Of a DNA stretch of 42,682 bases, positions 24,830-34,231 are shown piece after piece. Each line of letters starts with the position of its first letter. Position 1 is the first letter of the stretch. The position numbers were made by a program, and so were the translations under genes. Origin of the DNA: Myxococcota bacterium (GTDB taxonomy: Bacteria > Myxococcota > XYA12-FULL-58-9); contig JAKLEG010000003.1 in NCBI GenBank assembly GCA_022703175.1, positions 1-42,682 of the forward strand. The letters are read 5' to 3'. The notes under the pieces are model-generated. The model searched no databases, was not told the DNA's origin, and saw only the letters and a program-made list of their open reading frames with translations.

Positions 24830-25780
24830 TTACGCGTCCTGGCGCGCGACCAACTTCCGAGCCGTGGCGGCAAACACCATCCCGACCACGCTGCCGGCCA
24901 ACGCCGCAATGATGAGCGCACCAATCTGCGTGCGCACCGCCACGTTGGGGGTCACCCAAAGCTCAGACAGGACACCATAGCCCAATGCCAAGCCCGCAAT
25001 CGCGCCGGCCGAAGTTTTAACGTGCTGACGCGCAGCCAACCAAGCCACGAGCGCCAATGCGACGAGTGCCATGCCAAGATCCACCGCCAGCGGCAAATGA
25101 TCGCGGTACACCTTGAAGGTGAGCTCGCCTGCTAATGGCCCTTCCAATTTTACAATCTTCAACGCTTGGGTCCCGGCAGGCACCACCGCCGAAAGGAAAT
25201 CGGCGTCGTGATCATGGGTGCTGGTCATCGTGCCCCGACGACCCGCGCGCGAAGTGGATTGCGTACGCTCCAGTTTGCCCACCACCGGCTCTTTGGCGCC
25301 CTCAAGCTCAAACGCTAATTCGGCAGGCCCAGCGCCGCCCAACTTGCCTTGCACCAAAAGGCGCAACCGGCCGTCGACCCCTTGCGGCAAGGTCAGCGTG
25401 TCACCGACCTTGGTGATCGCTGTCTCGTAGAGGGGAACACCTGGAACGATCGACATCACCGCCGGACCCAAAGTCAGGCAGAACACCACCAACACCGCGA
25501 GGTAGGTGAGGCCACGCAGCATGCCGTTATGCGCCAACACCAAAAGCTCCTTCGCGATAAACCCGGTGGCAAACAGCGAAATGCCAATCGCCAACGCCAA
25601 CGCGGTTATACGCTCAGGCAAAAAGTCGAAAATGTAGAGGGTCGCGCCCCCCACAATGACGGCGCCGAGCGCCGCAGGCACCACCCAGCCAGGCAGCGCA
25701 TCTTCGAGCCACAACGACAAGCTCGATGGTACCGGTGCGTTAGTGGGAGCAGCTTTTTCGGTTTCTGGCTTCTTGCTCAT
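24830..25780 (-). CDS. Hypothetical polytopic membrane protein
   Basis: Strong AAGGAG upstream of ATG 25780. Multiple hydrophobic helices (VVPAALGAVIVGGATLYIF, ITALALAIGISLFATGFIA, TYLAVLVVFCLTLGPAVMSIV, ALVALALVAWLAA, IGALIIAALAGSVVGMVFAA). No motif I recognise. Confidence 0.55.
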   Translation of the reverse strand: MSKKPETEKAAPTNAPVPSSLSLWLEDALPGWVVPAALGAVIVGGATLYIFDFLPERITALALAIGISLFATGFIAKELLVLAHNGMLRGLTYLAVLVVFCLTLGPAVMSIVPGVPLYETAITKVGDTLTLPQGVDGRLRLLVQGKLGGAGPAELAFELEGAKEPVVGKLERTQSTSRAGRRGTMTSTHDHDADFLSAVVPAGTQALKIVKLEGPLAGELTFKVYRDHLPLAVDLGMALVALALVAWLAARQHVKTSAGAIAGLALGYGVLSELWVTPNVAVRTQIGALIIAALAGSVVGMVFAATARKLVARQDA

Positions 25781-25876
25781 CGCGGCTCCTTACCGCAGGA
25801 GCCCAGGAAAAGTATAGAGGTCACGAGTGCAATTCGCCGGCCCGCGCGACGTCTGAGCAACCCACGCAAGCGCTCG

Positions 25877-27268
25877 TCAGGGGGCCAACGGCGAGACCTG
25901 CAATTGCTTCTGCATGCTTAAGGCCTCTTGATGGTCGGGCGCAATGCGCAACGCGGCCCCAAGCCACTGCTGGGCCTCTTTGGATTTACCAAGCGCCAGG
26001 TAGTTCTCCGCCACCTGCACCGAGAGGTCGGCAATATAGCGGACGTAATTGCCATCGATATGCTTTGGAGTGCGCTTGATGGCCAAGCGCAGGTTCTCAA
26101 TAGCGGCGTCATAGCGTTGCTCACGACGCGCCTCCTCGGCCACGAACACCGAGCGTTTGGCTTCAATCCAGGGCTGGCACTTCGGACACGGCCCTGGATG
26201 ACTCAGCAGGTCGCGGTAGCCCGAGACATAGCCGGTTTCGAACTTGGTGGTCATGAGACATTCGGGCGGGTGGTCGTAAAAATCCGGAAGCTTGAATAAT
26301 GCGTGCCCCAACTCATGCGCCACAATGAAGGTGCCGATCACGGCCAACCGCTCGTCGGCAGACAACGCTCCCACGCCTTCTTCTTGGAAAAAGGGTAGGT
26401 CGGTGACCATCGAAAAGGTCGAGGCAAAGACGGCCCGCCGGTAAATTGCTCGGCGCTTCTGGCTTACGAGCGACGCTCCGCCCACCTTGCATTTGGCGAA
26501 GATCGAATGCGGGAAGGGCTCGGAGGCGAGGTCATACAGGATAAAGGCGTTGGTCAAGATCAGGTCAGCGTCGTCTTGGTTCCTAAGCGCGCAGATCCAA
26601 TTCACATAGGAGCGTTGGTCGAGCTTTTCGGGAGCCAAAAGTGAGGTGCCATCCTTCAATTTGAAGGCGGCGATGGCCTCGACCTTGCGATCAAACTCCT
26701 GAAGCAGTTTGTCGGCCAAGACCTCGTAACTGGTAAGCGCCTCGCGCTCGGTTTCGGGAAAGAAAGATCGCAGCGCCCCAAGCTCCCAACGTCCCAAAAA
26801 GCGCCGCACGAGCTTCGGGTCCACATTCTTGGCTTGATGCTGCCCGGGGCGCACCCGCAACGGCTCGTACTCGGCCAAGCAAGCATCCCCGGCCGGGACG
26901 TTACGGCCCAAGAAGGTGGCGGCGCTCTCACTCCCCTTTACTTTAAAAGTGATGGTTGTGAAGCTCAGCTTGTCGGCCAAGGTGGCGCGCGCCTGCGTCA
27001 GGATCGCCTCAGCGGCTTTCTGTGTGACTTCGGGGAAATCGGGATCGTTGACCAACAACACCTCTAAGGTGAGCGCGGCGGTGCTGGTGTCGGTCGTGAT
27101 GCGGCGAGATGCTAAGAGCGGTGCTTCGTCGCTGGCGGTGGGGGTGACGGCAGGTGTCTGGGCATAGGAAGAGCCCCCCACCCCAACACCCAGTGCAGCC
27201 AGGCCCGAAAAGAGCCAAGCCAAGCCACGCTCCTGCCGCAAGATCATGCCGGGATTCTGAGGGATCAC
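25877..27268 (-). CDS. Secreted HExxH zinc-metalloprotease-like protein with C-terminal TPR-like repeats
   Basis: ORF-track GTG start 27268; an alternative ATG lies 7 codons in. Signal peptide ...AWLFSGLAALGVGVGGSSYA|QT. Zincin-like VAHELGHALFKLPDFYDHPPEC. C-terminal TPR-like helices (AIENLRLAIKRTPKHIDGNYVRYIADLSVQVAENYLALGKSKEAQQWLGAALRIAPDHQEA). Starts 26 nt after the pilW stop. Confidence 0.5.
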   Translation of the reverse strand: MIPQNPGMILRQERGLAWLFSGLAALGVGVGGSSYAQTPAVTPTASDEAPLLASRRITTDTSTAALTLEVLLVNDPDFPEVTQKAAEAILTQARATLADKLSFTTITFKVKGSESAATFLGRNVPAGDACLAEYEPLRVRPGQHQAKNVDPKLVRRFLGRWELGALRSFFPETEREALTSYEVLADKLLQEFDRKVEAIAAFKLKDGTSLLAPEKLDQRSYVNWICALRNQDDADLILTNAFILYDLASEPFPHSIFAKCKVGGASLVSQKRRAIYRRAVFASTFSMVTDLPFFQEEGVGALSADERLAVIGTFIVAHELGHALFKLPDFYDHPPECLMTTKFETGYVSGYRDLLSHPGPCPKCQPWIEAKRSVFVAEEARREQRYDAAIENLRLAIKRTPKHIDGNYVRYIADLSVQVAENYLALGKSKEAQQWLGAALRIAPDHQEALSMQKQLQVSPLAP

Positions 27269-27294
27269 GGGGAGTTACGCAAGCCACCGGAGCG

Positions 27295-28374
27295 CTAGAT
27301 GCCGGAGTTATCGACGTAGATGTACATGTCGCTACGAGTATTGATGTTGGTGGTGGGTACCACGCGCAAAAAGTCGGCGAAACGATAACCCGCAAACACC
27401 GGGTCATCCTTGATCGCCTGTTCTAGTTTGTCCGACCTCAAGCGCAACTGCACTTCGATCCCCACCACGTCGTCGTTGGTAGCGATGGCCGCATCGGCGT
27501 TGAACGTGAGGGTCGACACGGTGCTATCGGCCACACCGTCGGCGTTGGTGTCCAGCAAGAAACGAAAGCGCAAGCCAATCACGTCACCTGCGGCGATGCT
27601 CAATGAAGCGTCAGCCGCCGTGGTGGCCCGCATGTCGATGTTGGAAGCCAATGGATAGCGTTTGCTGTTGTCCTCCCAGTACAAATAGGGGTGCGCGGTA
27701 TTGGTGCAGTCCACCCCAAAGCCGCTCAGTTGCGCTTTGTAAATGTTGGTCGCGCGCGCGCTCACCGTGGCCAAGGTGGACGTCGGCCCCAAATCCAACG
27801 CGGTCTGCGCCGCCGACCAGTTGGTGTCGCCTACCACAAACGACGTGGCATTCAACGCTCGGGTGGCGCTGAGCCGCCCCATGCCCAAACCACCGCTCAT
27901 GGCCGATTGATAGAAAAACATCCAGGCCCCGGCATAGATGATTTTGTCGTGACCGGCCCCGCCCGGTGACGGGTCTGCCGACGCCAGGTTCACCGTGAAC
28001 GGCGCGGTGGCCCCGGTGGTGGTGGCCAGGTTCCACTTGCGCACGAGGTCGCGACTAGCGACCTCCAACTTGGGCGTGTTCACGGTGCCACAGCTCTCGG
28101 CATTCGCCGCAAAGCTCTTGATGCCGTACATGCGCGGTAGCCCCAGGCCGGTCGCACCCAGCTTGTCTTCCAACAGGGTCATCGCGTTCCGGCCGCTGCG
28201 TTGGATATCGTTGCGGTCGAAGGCGTCGGAGTTGGTTTTGGCTTGAATGTAAAGGAACGAGAGCGCGCCACCCAAGACCTCCATCACCACCACCAGCGTG
28301 ACCATCATTTCGATAAGGGTCATGCCGCGCTCGTGGGCGCTGCTTCGCCCATCGCGTTTGGGCGCGTCGGTCAT
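27295..28374 (-). CDS. pilW: Type IV pilus minor pilin PilW-like (prepilin-type N-terminal cleavage/methylation domain)
   Basis: Leader MTDAPKRDGRSSAHERG followed by the class III signal G|MTLIEMMVTLVVVMEVLG (Glu at +5). 359 aa, the PilW size range. Start overlaps the pilV stop (ATGA). Confidence 0.65.
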   Translation of the reverse strand: MTDAPKRDGRSSAHERGMTLIEMMVTLVVVMEVLGGALSFLYIQAKTNSDAFDRNDIQRSGRNAMTLLEDKLGATGLGLPRMYGIKSFAANAESCGTVNTPKLEVASRDLVRKWNLATTTGATAPFTVNLASADPSPGGAGHDKIIYAGAWMFFYQSAMSGGLGMGRLSATRALNATSFVVGDTNWSAAQTALDLGPTSTLATVSARATNIYKAQLSGFGVDCTNTAHPYLYWEDNSKRYPLASNIDMRATTAADASLSIAAGDVIGLRFRFLLDTNADGVADSTVSTLTFNADAAIATNDDVVGIEVQLRLRSDKLEQAIKDDPVFAGYRFADFLRVVPTTNINTRSDMYIYVDNSGI

Positions 28375-28865
28375 TTGTATTTGCCTCCAAGCACCGAGAC
28401 TGCTCGCTCCATTCGACTACCGCCCGCAGCGTTGTCCATCCAGGTCACCTTGACGGTGATGGTTTTGAAGGTGTGCTCGTTATTCTCCACCACCGACCAG
28501 GTACGCCAAAAGTTACCGTCAGCATCACCCGCCGCACCCGTGGCGGTGTTGTGAGGGCCTAACAGGCCGCCGTTCGCACCCAGGTTGCGATTGCCCGGCT
28601 CCACGTGGTCGTCGGCCGGATCGGTGGCCGAATCAGGCGCCAAATCGGCATGGTCGTAGGGCAGCTGCATTAACATATCCAGGCGGTTACGTGCCAAAAG
28701 CGTTGCGGCGGTCACGTGGGTGGAGACGCCGGTGCCTTCGCTGCCGGAGATCATCAAGCGCAACAACCCCAAGGCGCCAATGGTGAACACGGCCATGGCG
28801 ATCATCGCCTCCATCAAGGTCATGCCGCGTTCGCGATATCGCAGGCTCGGTCGTGTCATCATCAT
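28371..28865 (-). CDS. pilV: Type IV pilus minor pilin PilV-like
   Basis: MMMTRPSLRYRERG|MTLMEAMIAMAVFTIGALGLLRL with the prepilin motif. 164 aa, PilV-like size. Lies between the GspH-like and PilW-like genes, as in fimU-pilV-pilW arrangements. Confidence 0.65.
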   Translation of the reverse strand: MMMTRPSLRYRERGMTLMEAMIAMAVFTIGALGLLRLMISGSEGTGVSTHVTAATLLARNRLDMLMQLPYDHADLAPDSATDPADDHVEPGNRNLGANGGLLGPHNTATGAAGDADGNFWRTWSVVENNEHTFKTITVKVTWMDNAAGGSRMERAVSVLGGKYK

Positions 28866-28866
28866 G

Positions 28867-29526
28867 TCACATCGCCCCGTCGAACATGCGCACGTTGCCG
28901 GTGGCCCCTACGTAGGCCACAATCTTCACAATCCCCTCACCGGAGGAGGTTGGGTCGTAGAGCATCACGGCGCCCCCCAGCGGCGGGTCGTTGCCATCTG
29001 AATCGAAAATGCGGCCATCCGCTTCGAACCACAACGTGCAAGTGGTGACTCCAGATGCGGGTGGCGCGCACCATCTATCGTGCTCTAGGTCGTTGTACGG
29101 TACCGGCAGCGACGCGGCGACACCGGCCGCTGGCCCGAACGCGACATAGGGCGGAATAGATTGGCCCGCGTCGTTCTCGCTCGTAGAGCTCGGATAACGT
29201 TCCACCAACTTGTCGGTGCTATCACAGGTACCGTTGCTGTCGCTGTCTTGCCGCACCACCCAGTTGCGCGCCGTGCGATCGATCACCAAGCAATGACGCG
29301 CCCCTGTGGCAGTTGCCTGCGCCTGGGCCGTCATCAAGGCGCTGAACAACTTGCGCGCCGTACCGTTCAACACGCTGCGATGATACATGCCGTTCAACTT
29401 CGGGCCGGCCAGCATCGACACAATGCCGATGAGAGCTACCACCAACATCAGCTCAATCAGCGTAAAGCCGCGCGCCCCAAGGCGCCGCCGCACGCTATTG
29501 GCAGGTATTTGCATGCAAACAGTCAT
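28867..29526 (-). CDS. GspH-domain minor pseudopilin (FimT/FimU-like)
   Basis: ATG 29526 with GAGGAG 5 nt upstream (track start 29628 is a spurious extension). MTVCMQIPANSVRRRLGARG|FTLIELMLVVALIGIVSMLAGP with the classic GFTLIE prepilin motif. 219 aa. Its 5' end overlaps the 3' end of pilY1 by about 30 nt. Confidence 0.65.
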   Translation of the reverse strand: MTVCMQIPANSVRRRLGARGFTLIELMLVVALIGIVSMLAGPKLNGMYHRSVLNGTARKLFSALMTAQAQATATGARHCLVIDRTARNWVVRQDSDSNGTCDSTDKLVERYPSSTSENDAGQSIPPYVAFGPAAGVAASLPVPYNDLEHDRWCAPPASGVTTCTLWFEADGRIFDSDGNDPPLGGAVMLYDPTSSGEGIVKIVAYVGATGNVRMFDGAM

Positions 29527-32500
29527 GGACGCTCCTCGATACTGGGAACCGCATGATCTCCTCAGCGCTGTCCAGTTGTAGGCCGCTGGCCGTGGTCGCT
29601 TGCACCCCGGAGTCGCTGCCACCCGCAAACAACGTCGGCGTCGCTACACCGTTGGCAACCCCCACCGACACCATGGGCGCGGTGGGCACACCTTCGCCTA
29701 AGTCCAGAATATCACTGGCATTTGAGACGTTATCGCCGTTCCAATCGTAAAACTTGCCGCTGATGTAGTGCCTGGCGTGCAAGCGCGCGACTCCTTTGAT
29801 CGTGGCGCTGCAAGAATCGCTGGTGCCACCACACGCCACTGTTGGCAAGAAAGTCGAGTACAACGCATAGCCTGCGAAAATATTGAACGGTGTCGCGGCT
29901 TTCTCACCTGCCGTTAGTCGAACGAACCAGCCGCGGCTTTGGTCGGTTGCCGCGTCGGGCACGTCCAAATCGGCCAGATCTGATTCTAGACATGGGCGTG
30001 AGCCGCTCATGCCTTGGCATGCGCCGACGTTCATTGCGTACAACCGCTGTTGGTCGGTGCACAGATAGCCGTTGATGGTTGCGTTGCGCGTGGAGCTCGG
30101 GATCAAGGTGTCTCGATCACCGGTGGCCAAGATGATGCGAACCTGGCCGCTCGGCAGTTGGGTGATGGTGGGGTTAAAAAAGAACGGCCGGCGCTGATAC
30201 TCGTTGGCATCCAAGACGCCATCGGCATCGCCGCCTACCGAGTCAGTCACGATCAACGTCGAGTTCGTCTTGAACATCACTTCAACGTTCATGGAATAGC
30301 GACCTGAGGTGGCCACAAGTGGCGCCGTTAAACTTGGAGAAATGAGCCAGATCTGCCCGCCATGGTCAGGTGCCACGATCTGCTGGATGTACGAATTGAC
30401 ATCGGCCGTCATGTAAAACACCGGCGTCGCCGGGAACGAGTAGTTCATCGTCGCCGTCGCCCCGGAGCCGCTCTTTTGCGCCATCCACACAATGTCACCA
30501 GTCCAGGCGTCCACCATGAACAGCGCCCGACCCTTGCTGTCGAGGTAGTCATAGCCCGCTGAAAGCATTGCAACGAAACGGTCATAACCACCGGGCGTCG
30601 CAGCATTGTTGTCGCTGTCCACCCAGAGAGGCCCGATCGACGCGGGTGCGGGCGAGACGTCCAACCAACTCTCCCCCATCAACGCGCTTACCGCATTGCC
30701 GGACAGGTCGGTTTGATTCGCCTGCGGGAACTGCCACAGCAACCTTGGTGCCGTGATGTCCGTAACATCCAATGCGACATAGGTGTGTCCGCCCTGGCGA
30801 TGCCCGTAGATCGCCACGGTCTTCCACTTGTTCTTGTTTGCGGCGACATCCATGTCGGCGGTGCCACCCATCCAGATGTCACGCACCTCCACCGAACCGT
30901 CCACCAAAAACTTATGGGTATTCAGACTACAGAGACCGCCGCCGGGATCGCATAGGGTCTTGAGCTTGGGCAACATCTCGGGGCTCACAAACGCCCAAAG
31001 CTCCTGGCCTTCGGCGCCGCCCCGCCCAGAGTCGTAGTACTCACCACGGCTGCTGTTCCAGGTCTCCAACAAGAACGCGTGCAACATGCCGTCGTTGGCG
31101 CCCACCAACATCACCTTGGGGCGGGTAGCGTTGTCGGCCATGAAGGCTTGATACGACTCGCTGTCGTAGCGAGTGCCGCCCAACAGCCCTTTGTCGTTAT
31201 TCGGGTCGGGAGCTACCACGACGTTGGGAATCGAATGGAAGATATCCCCCAGCTTCCACCAGCCATCCACCAAGTTGCCGGCGCCGTCGCGCATCGTGTT
31301 CAGGTTGCGATCCTCAGTGCTGTTGCCATCCCCATCGGCATCGCCGCTGTCGAGGCCACGGAAGAAGCTGACAATCTTGCTGGCATCGGCCACGACGCCA
31401 CCCACATCCAAGGCCGTGACAAACGCCGTGCCGTACGTGCCGTTGGTCAGGCTGGCGACAGTAAAGGGAATCACATCGTCGTTGGTAAACGTGTTCGACG
31501 CGCCACCATGCTCCACCGCGGTGTAAATGACGCGCGAAGGTGGCGTGGTAGAACCTTCGGCGCCGGTGCGATAGCACTGCGTGACGTTGGTATTGGCTTT
31601 GTCTTGGGTGATCGACCCCAGGGCATCGGCAGCGTCGCCAGCCAAGCACAGCGCCGCGTCCCACAACGGCGTGGACAATAAGTTGCCCTCATCGTCGAAC
31701 GAGATGTCATTGCCGTTGGCGTCTTGAATGCAAACCGTGGCGTCTGAATCGCTGCAGGTACAACCCGTGCCCAGGTTTTCGTCGCAGGCGATGTTGGCGA
31801 ACACATGCCCTTCCCACAGCGGGAAGTGAATCGTGGGCCTAAACATAGCGTTCTGCAGACTGGCGGCCGCCTTAAGCCTGGTCGTGGCAACCGAGGGCGA
31901 GGTAAAGCCACGCGCCCGCTTCACGATCTCGGTGACGATATTGGCCAATGCTTCACGCAGCTCATTGGAGTTCCGGGCCGGAATGCAGCGGCCACCGCCC
32001 GCGGTAGCGGTTTGCTCCAAAATGCCGGCGCACTTGCTCTGGTCGGTGCTGTCCAACAGGCCGTAGCTTACGGCGTAGGTGTTCACCAACTGGTCGTTGG
32101 CAATGTCGGTGCGGTGGTCGATGCGGGTGAGCGCTTTGGCCACGTCATCCAGCCAATAGCCGTTGTTGTTGAAGTAGCCGTCGCTGATGGTCGGGATTTT
32201 GCTCTTCACGAACGGCACCCCAGAGGCGGAGGAGGCATCGGTGTTCGGAAAGCCGTCGGTGATGATGACCACAAAGTTGTTGGCATCCCCGCAGGTGGAC
32301 ACCGTGGAGTAGTCACACATCGGCGTGTTGGCACCGGTGGATCCCGAATAGTACTTACCGACTGCGTCGAGCGCTTTGGCGAGCGGCGTGCTGTCGTTAA
32401 ACTCCAGCGTGTTTTCTAGGTAATTAATGAGCTGCGAATCGTTTTGTGGAAAGCACTCGGTAGACGGATCACCGTCAAAACAATCGGTGCCGGTGGCCTG

Positions 32501-34231
32501 CGAGCACGGGGGCTTGATAGCAAAGGCAATCGAGCTTTTGCCCACATCATCGAAGTCAGCCACGCCCACGCGGCTGTCCCCGGCCATGTTCTTGATAGTG
32601 TCTTTAAACACCTTGATGAGCGAAATCCCCTTGGGCGGATAGAAGTTCATAAAGTCGCCCAACGCCACGTAGCTGTGCGAGCTGCCAGTGGCAGACCCCA
32701 GGCCGCGGATGCAGCCCGGCCTCTCACAGTTACCGGCATTGCAAATATCGGGGGCCGTACAATCGCTGTTCACGCTGCACGATTGGCAGCTGACTGAGCC
32801 GCAACCGGTGGTGCGACACTTGCTAGAACTGCAACTGTCGGTGCCGGTGCATTGGCTGCTCGCGGTGCAACCTTGGCAGTGTTTGTCGGCGCAGCCGGCG
32901 GTGCGGCACTTGCTGGAGCTGCAGGTGTCGGTGCCCGAACACTCGCCATTTGTGGAACAGCTTTGGCAGCTCGCGGTGGTGCAGGTGCCCGAAAAACAGG
33001 CCTTGGGCGAGGTGCACTGGCCGCTGGCCCCAACGGTGCAGGCTTGGCACTTGTCGCAGCCAGGCAGACGACACAGCCCTCCGGAGCAACTCTCCCCCGA
33101 CGTGCATTGGCCGTTATTTGTGCAGTTACCGCAGGTGCCGTTGCTTCGGCACCGCCGACTGACACACTGGCTGTTGCTGCTGCATGCGCCGCCGTTGGCC
33201 ACCGCGCCAATGTTGCAAGAGGGGCAATAGCCGCTAGCGCACTGAGCGTTGCCGGTGCAAGCAGCGTTGATTGCGAACCCGGAGGTGGCGGCGGTGACGC
33301 AGTTGCGGCTGTCGCAGTCGGTGTCAGCGGCGCACGTTGCGCCCACGGCACCAGCGCCTTGCCCGCACCCGGTGGCCGGCGCGCAATAACGGCTATTGCA
33401 ATCCGTATAGGTGCTGCACACCGAGCCATTGGCATACGTGCCGGCGCCGCAGGCCGCCCCCGACACGCAACGCCGGCTCTCGCAATCGCTGTTGTCGTCG
33501 CAAAAGCTACCATTCCAGGCAGTGCCTTCGCCGCAGCCAAAGCACATCCCCATCGGGTCGCCGCTGGCGCAGCTGCTCTTTTCCCAAAAATAGCCTTGGG
33601 TACGCAGGCTGTAGATGCAGCGCGAGCGCTGATAGCAATCGGAGATGCCACTGCACTCATCTGCAATCGCATCTTCGAGCTTGGCCTGAGTGGTGCTGCC
33701 GCTGCCAGTGTTCAGCAAGTCCCAAGGGCTGTGCAGTGAGTGGTCCCAGGTGGTCCACGGCGGAAAGATGTCGTCGTTGGCGCTCGAACCCCGCTCATCA
33801 AACACTGGGTAGGGCCCAAAGCCGCGGTAACTGTTGGGGCTCGTGCGATCGAACAAGTAGCGATAGCCATCGCTCGCGCCATCCCCGGTAACATCAGGGC
33901 CCATAAGCGCCGCCAGCGCCGGGCTCTCGCACACGGTGGAGGTGTTGGGGGCGCTACGCGCCCTAAGTCCGCTTGAGCCACAATACAACGAGCCGTCTAA
34001 CTCCTCGCACGGAATGTTGTTCATGGAGCCCGAGCTATCGAACAAGAAGACGATGTTGGGAGGCGGGGTGTTGCCGCCGCTGGAACCACCCACCAGGAAC
34101 AAATCCAAATCGTCGGCCTTGGCGCCACGAAAATCGCTGAACGCCACAAACTCAAAGGTGAAAATCGTCAGGCCAGCCAAGGCAAAAAATCGCAAGTCGC
34201 GCGGCAACTTCGAGGGTCGTAGCGTACGCAT
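29495..34231 (-). CDS. pilY1: PilY1-family type IV pilus tip adhesin/priming protein (1578 aa) with N-terminal VWA domain interrupted by a large Cys-rich insertion, and C-terminal PilY1/PilC beta-propeller domain
   Basis: ATG overlaps the pilX stop (TAATG). VWA MIDAS motif IVFLFDSSGSM (aa 61-70) and the later VWA strand FVVIITDGFPNTD (aa 654-666) are about 590 aa apart. In between lies a module of about 300 aa with roughly 80 Cys (e.g. SCQSCSTNGECSGTDTCSSSKCRTAGC...CTGTDSCSSSKCRTTGC). The C-terminal region carries the PilY1/PilC hallmark MLVGANDGMLHAF and propeller-like repeats. Confidence 0.8.
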   Translation of the reverse strand: MRTLRPSKLPRDLRFFALAGLTIFTFEFVAFSDFRGAKADDLDLFLVGGSSGGNTPPPNIVFLFDSSGSMNNIPCEELDGSLYCGSSGLRARSAPNTSTVCESPALAALMGPDVTGDGASDGYRYLFDRTSPNSYRGFGPYPVFDERGSSANDDIFPPWTTWDHSLHSPWDLLNTGSGSTTQAKLEDAIADECSGISDCYQRSRCIYSLRTQGYFWEKSSCASGDPMGMCFGCGEGTAWNGSFCDDNSDCESRRCVSGAACGAGTYANGSVCSTYTDCNSRYCAPATGCGQGAGAVGATCAADTDCDSRNCVTAATSGFAINAACTGNAQCASGYCPSCNIGAVANGGACSSNSQCVSRRCRSNGTCGNCTNNGQCTSGESCSGGLCRLPGCDKCQACTVGASGQCTSPKACFSGTCTTASCQSCSTNGECSGTDTCSSSKCRTAGCADKHCQGCTASSQCTGTDSCSSSKCRTTGCGSVSCQSCSVNSDCTAPDICNAGNCERPGCIRGLGSATGSSHSYVALGDFMNFYPPKGISLIKVFKDTIKNMAGDSRVGVADFDDVGKSSIAFAIKPPCSQATGTDCFDGDPSTECFPQNDSQLINYLENTLEFNDSTPLAKALDAVGKYYSGSTGANTPMCDYSTVSTCGDANNFVVIITDGFPNTDASSASGVPFVKSKIPTISDGYFNNNGYWLDDVAKALTRIDHRTDIANDQLVNTYAVSYGLLDSTDQSKCAGILEQTATAGGGRCIPARNSNELREALANIVTEIVKRARGFTSPSVATTRLKAAASLQNAMFRPTIHFPLWEGHVFANIACDENLGTGCTCSDSDATVCIQDANGNDISFDDEGNLLSTPLWDAALCLAGDAADALGSITQDKANTNVTQCYRTGAEGSTTPPSRVIYTAVEHGGASNTFTNDDVIPFTVASLTNGTYGTAFVTALDVGGVVADASKIVSFFRGLDSGDADGDGNSTEDRNLNTMRDGAGNLVDGWWKLGDIFHSIPNVVVAPDPNNDKGLLGGTRYDSESYQAFMADNATRPKVMLVGANDGMLHAFLLETWNSSRGEYYDSGRGGAEGQELWAFVSPEMLPKLKTLCDPGGGLCSLNTHKFLVDGSVEVRDIWMGGTADMDVAANKNKWKTVAIYGHRQGGHTYVALDVTDITAPRLLWQFPQANQTDLSGNAVSALMGESWLDVSPAPASIGPLWVDSDNNAATPGGYDRFVAMLSAGYDYLDSKGRALFMVDAWTGDIVWMAQKSGSGATATMNYSFPATPVFYMTADVNSYIQQIVAPDHGGQIWLISPSLTAPLVATSGRYSMNVEVMFKTNSTLIVTDSVGGDADGVLDANEYQRRPFFFNPTITQLPSGQVRIILATGDRDTLIPSSTRNATINGYLCTDQQRLYAMNVGACQGMSGSRPCLESDLADLDVPDAATDQSRGWFVRLTAGEKAATPFNIFAGYALYSTFLPTVACGGTSDSCSATIKGVARLHARHYISGKFYDWNGDNVSNASDILDLGEGVPTAPMVSVGVANGVATPTLFAGGSDSGVQATTASGLQLDSAEEIMRFPVSRSVHDCLHANTCQ

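Noticed and set aside
32852-33739. 295-aa Ala-rich plus-strand ORF (and the neighbouring 32688..33230 and 33337..33891 ORFs) inside pilY1
   Set aside because: Antisense to the Cys-rich coding region. Cys/Gly/Ser codons read as Ala/Arg/Pro on the opposite strand, giving a low-complexity translation. It has no RBS and overlaps a gene with strong domain evidence throughout.
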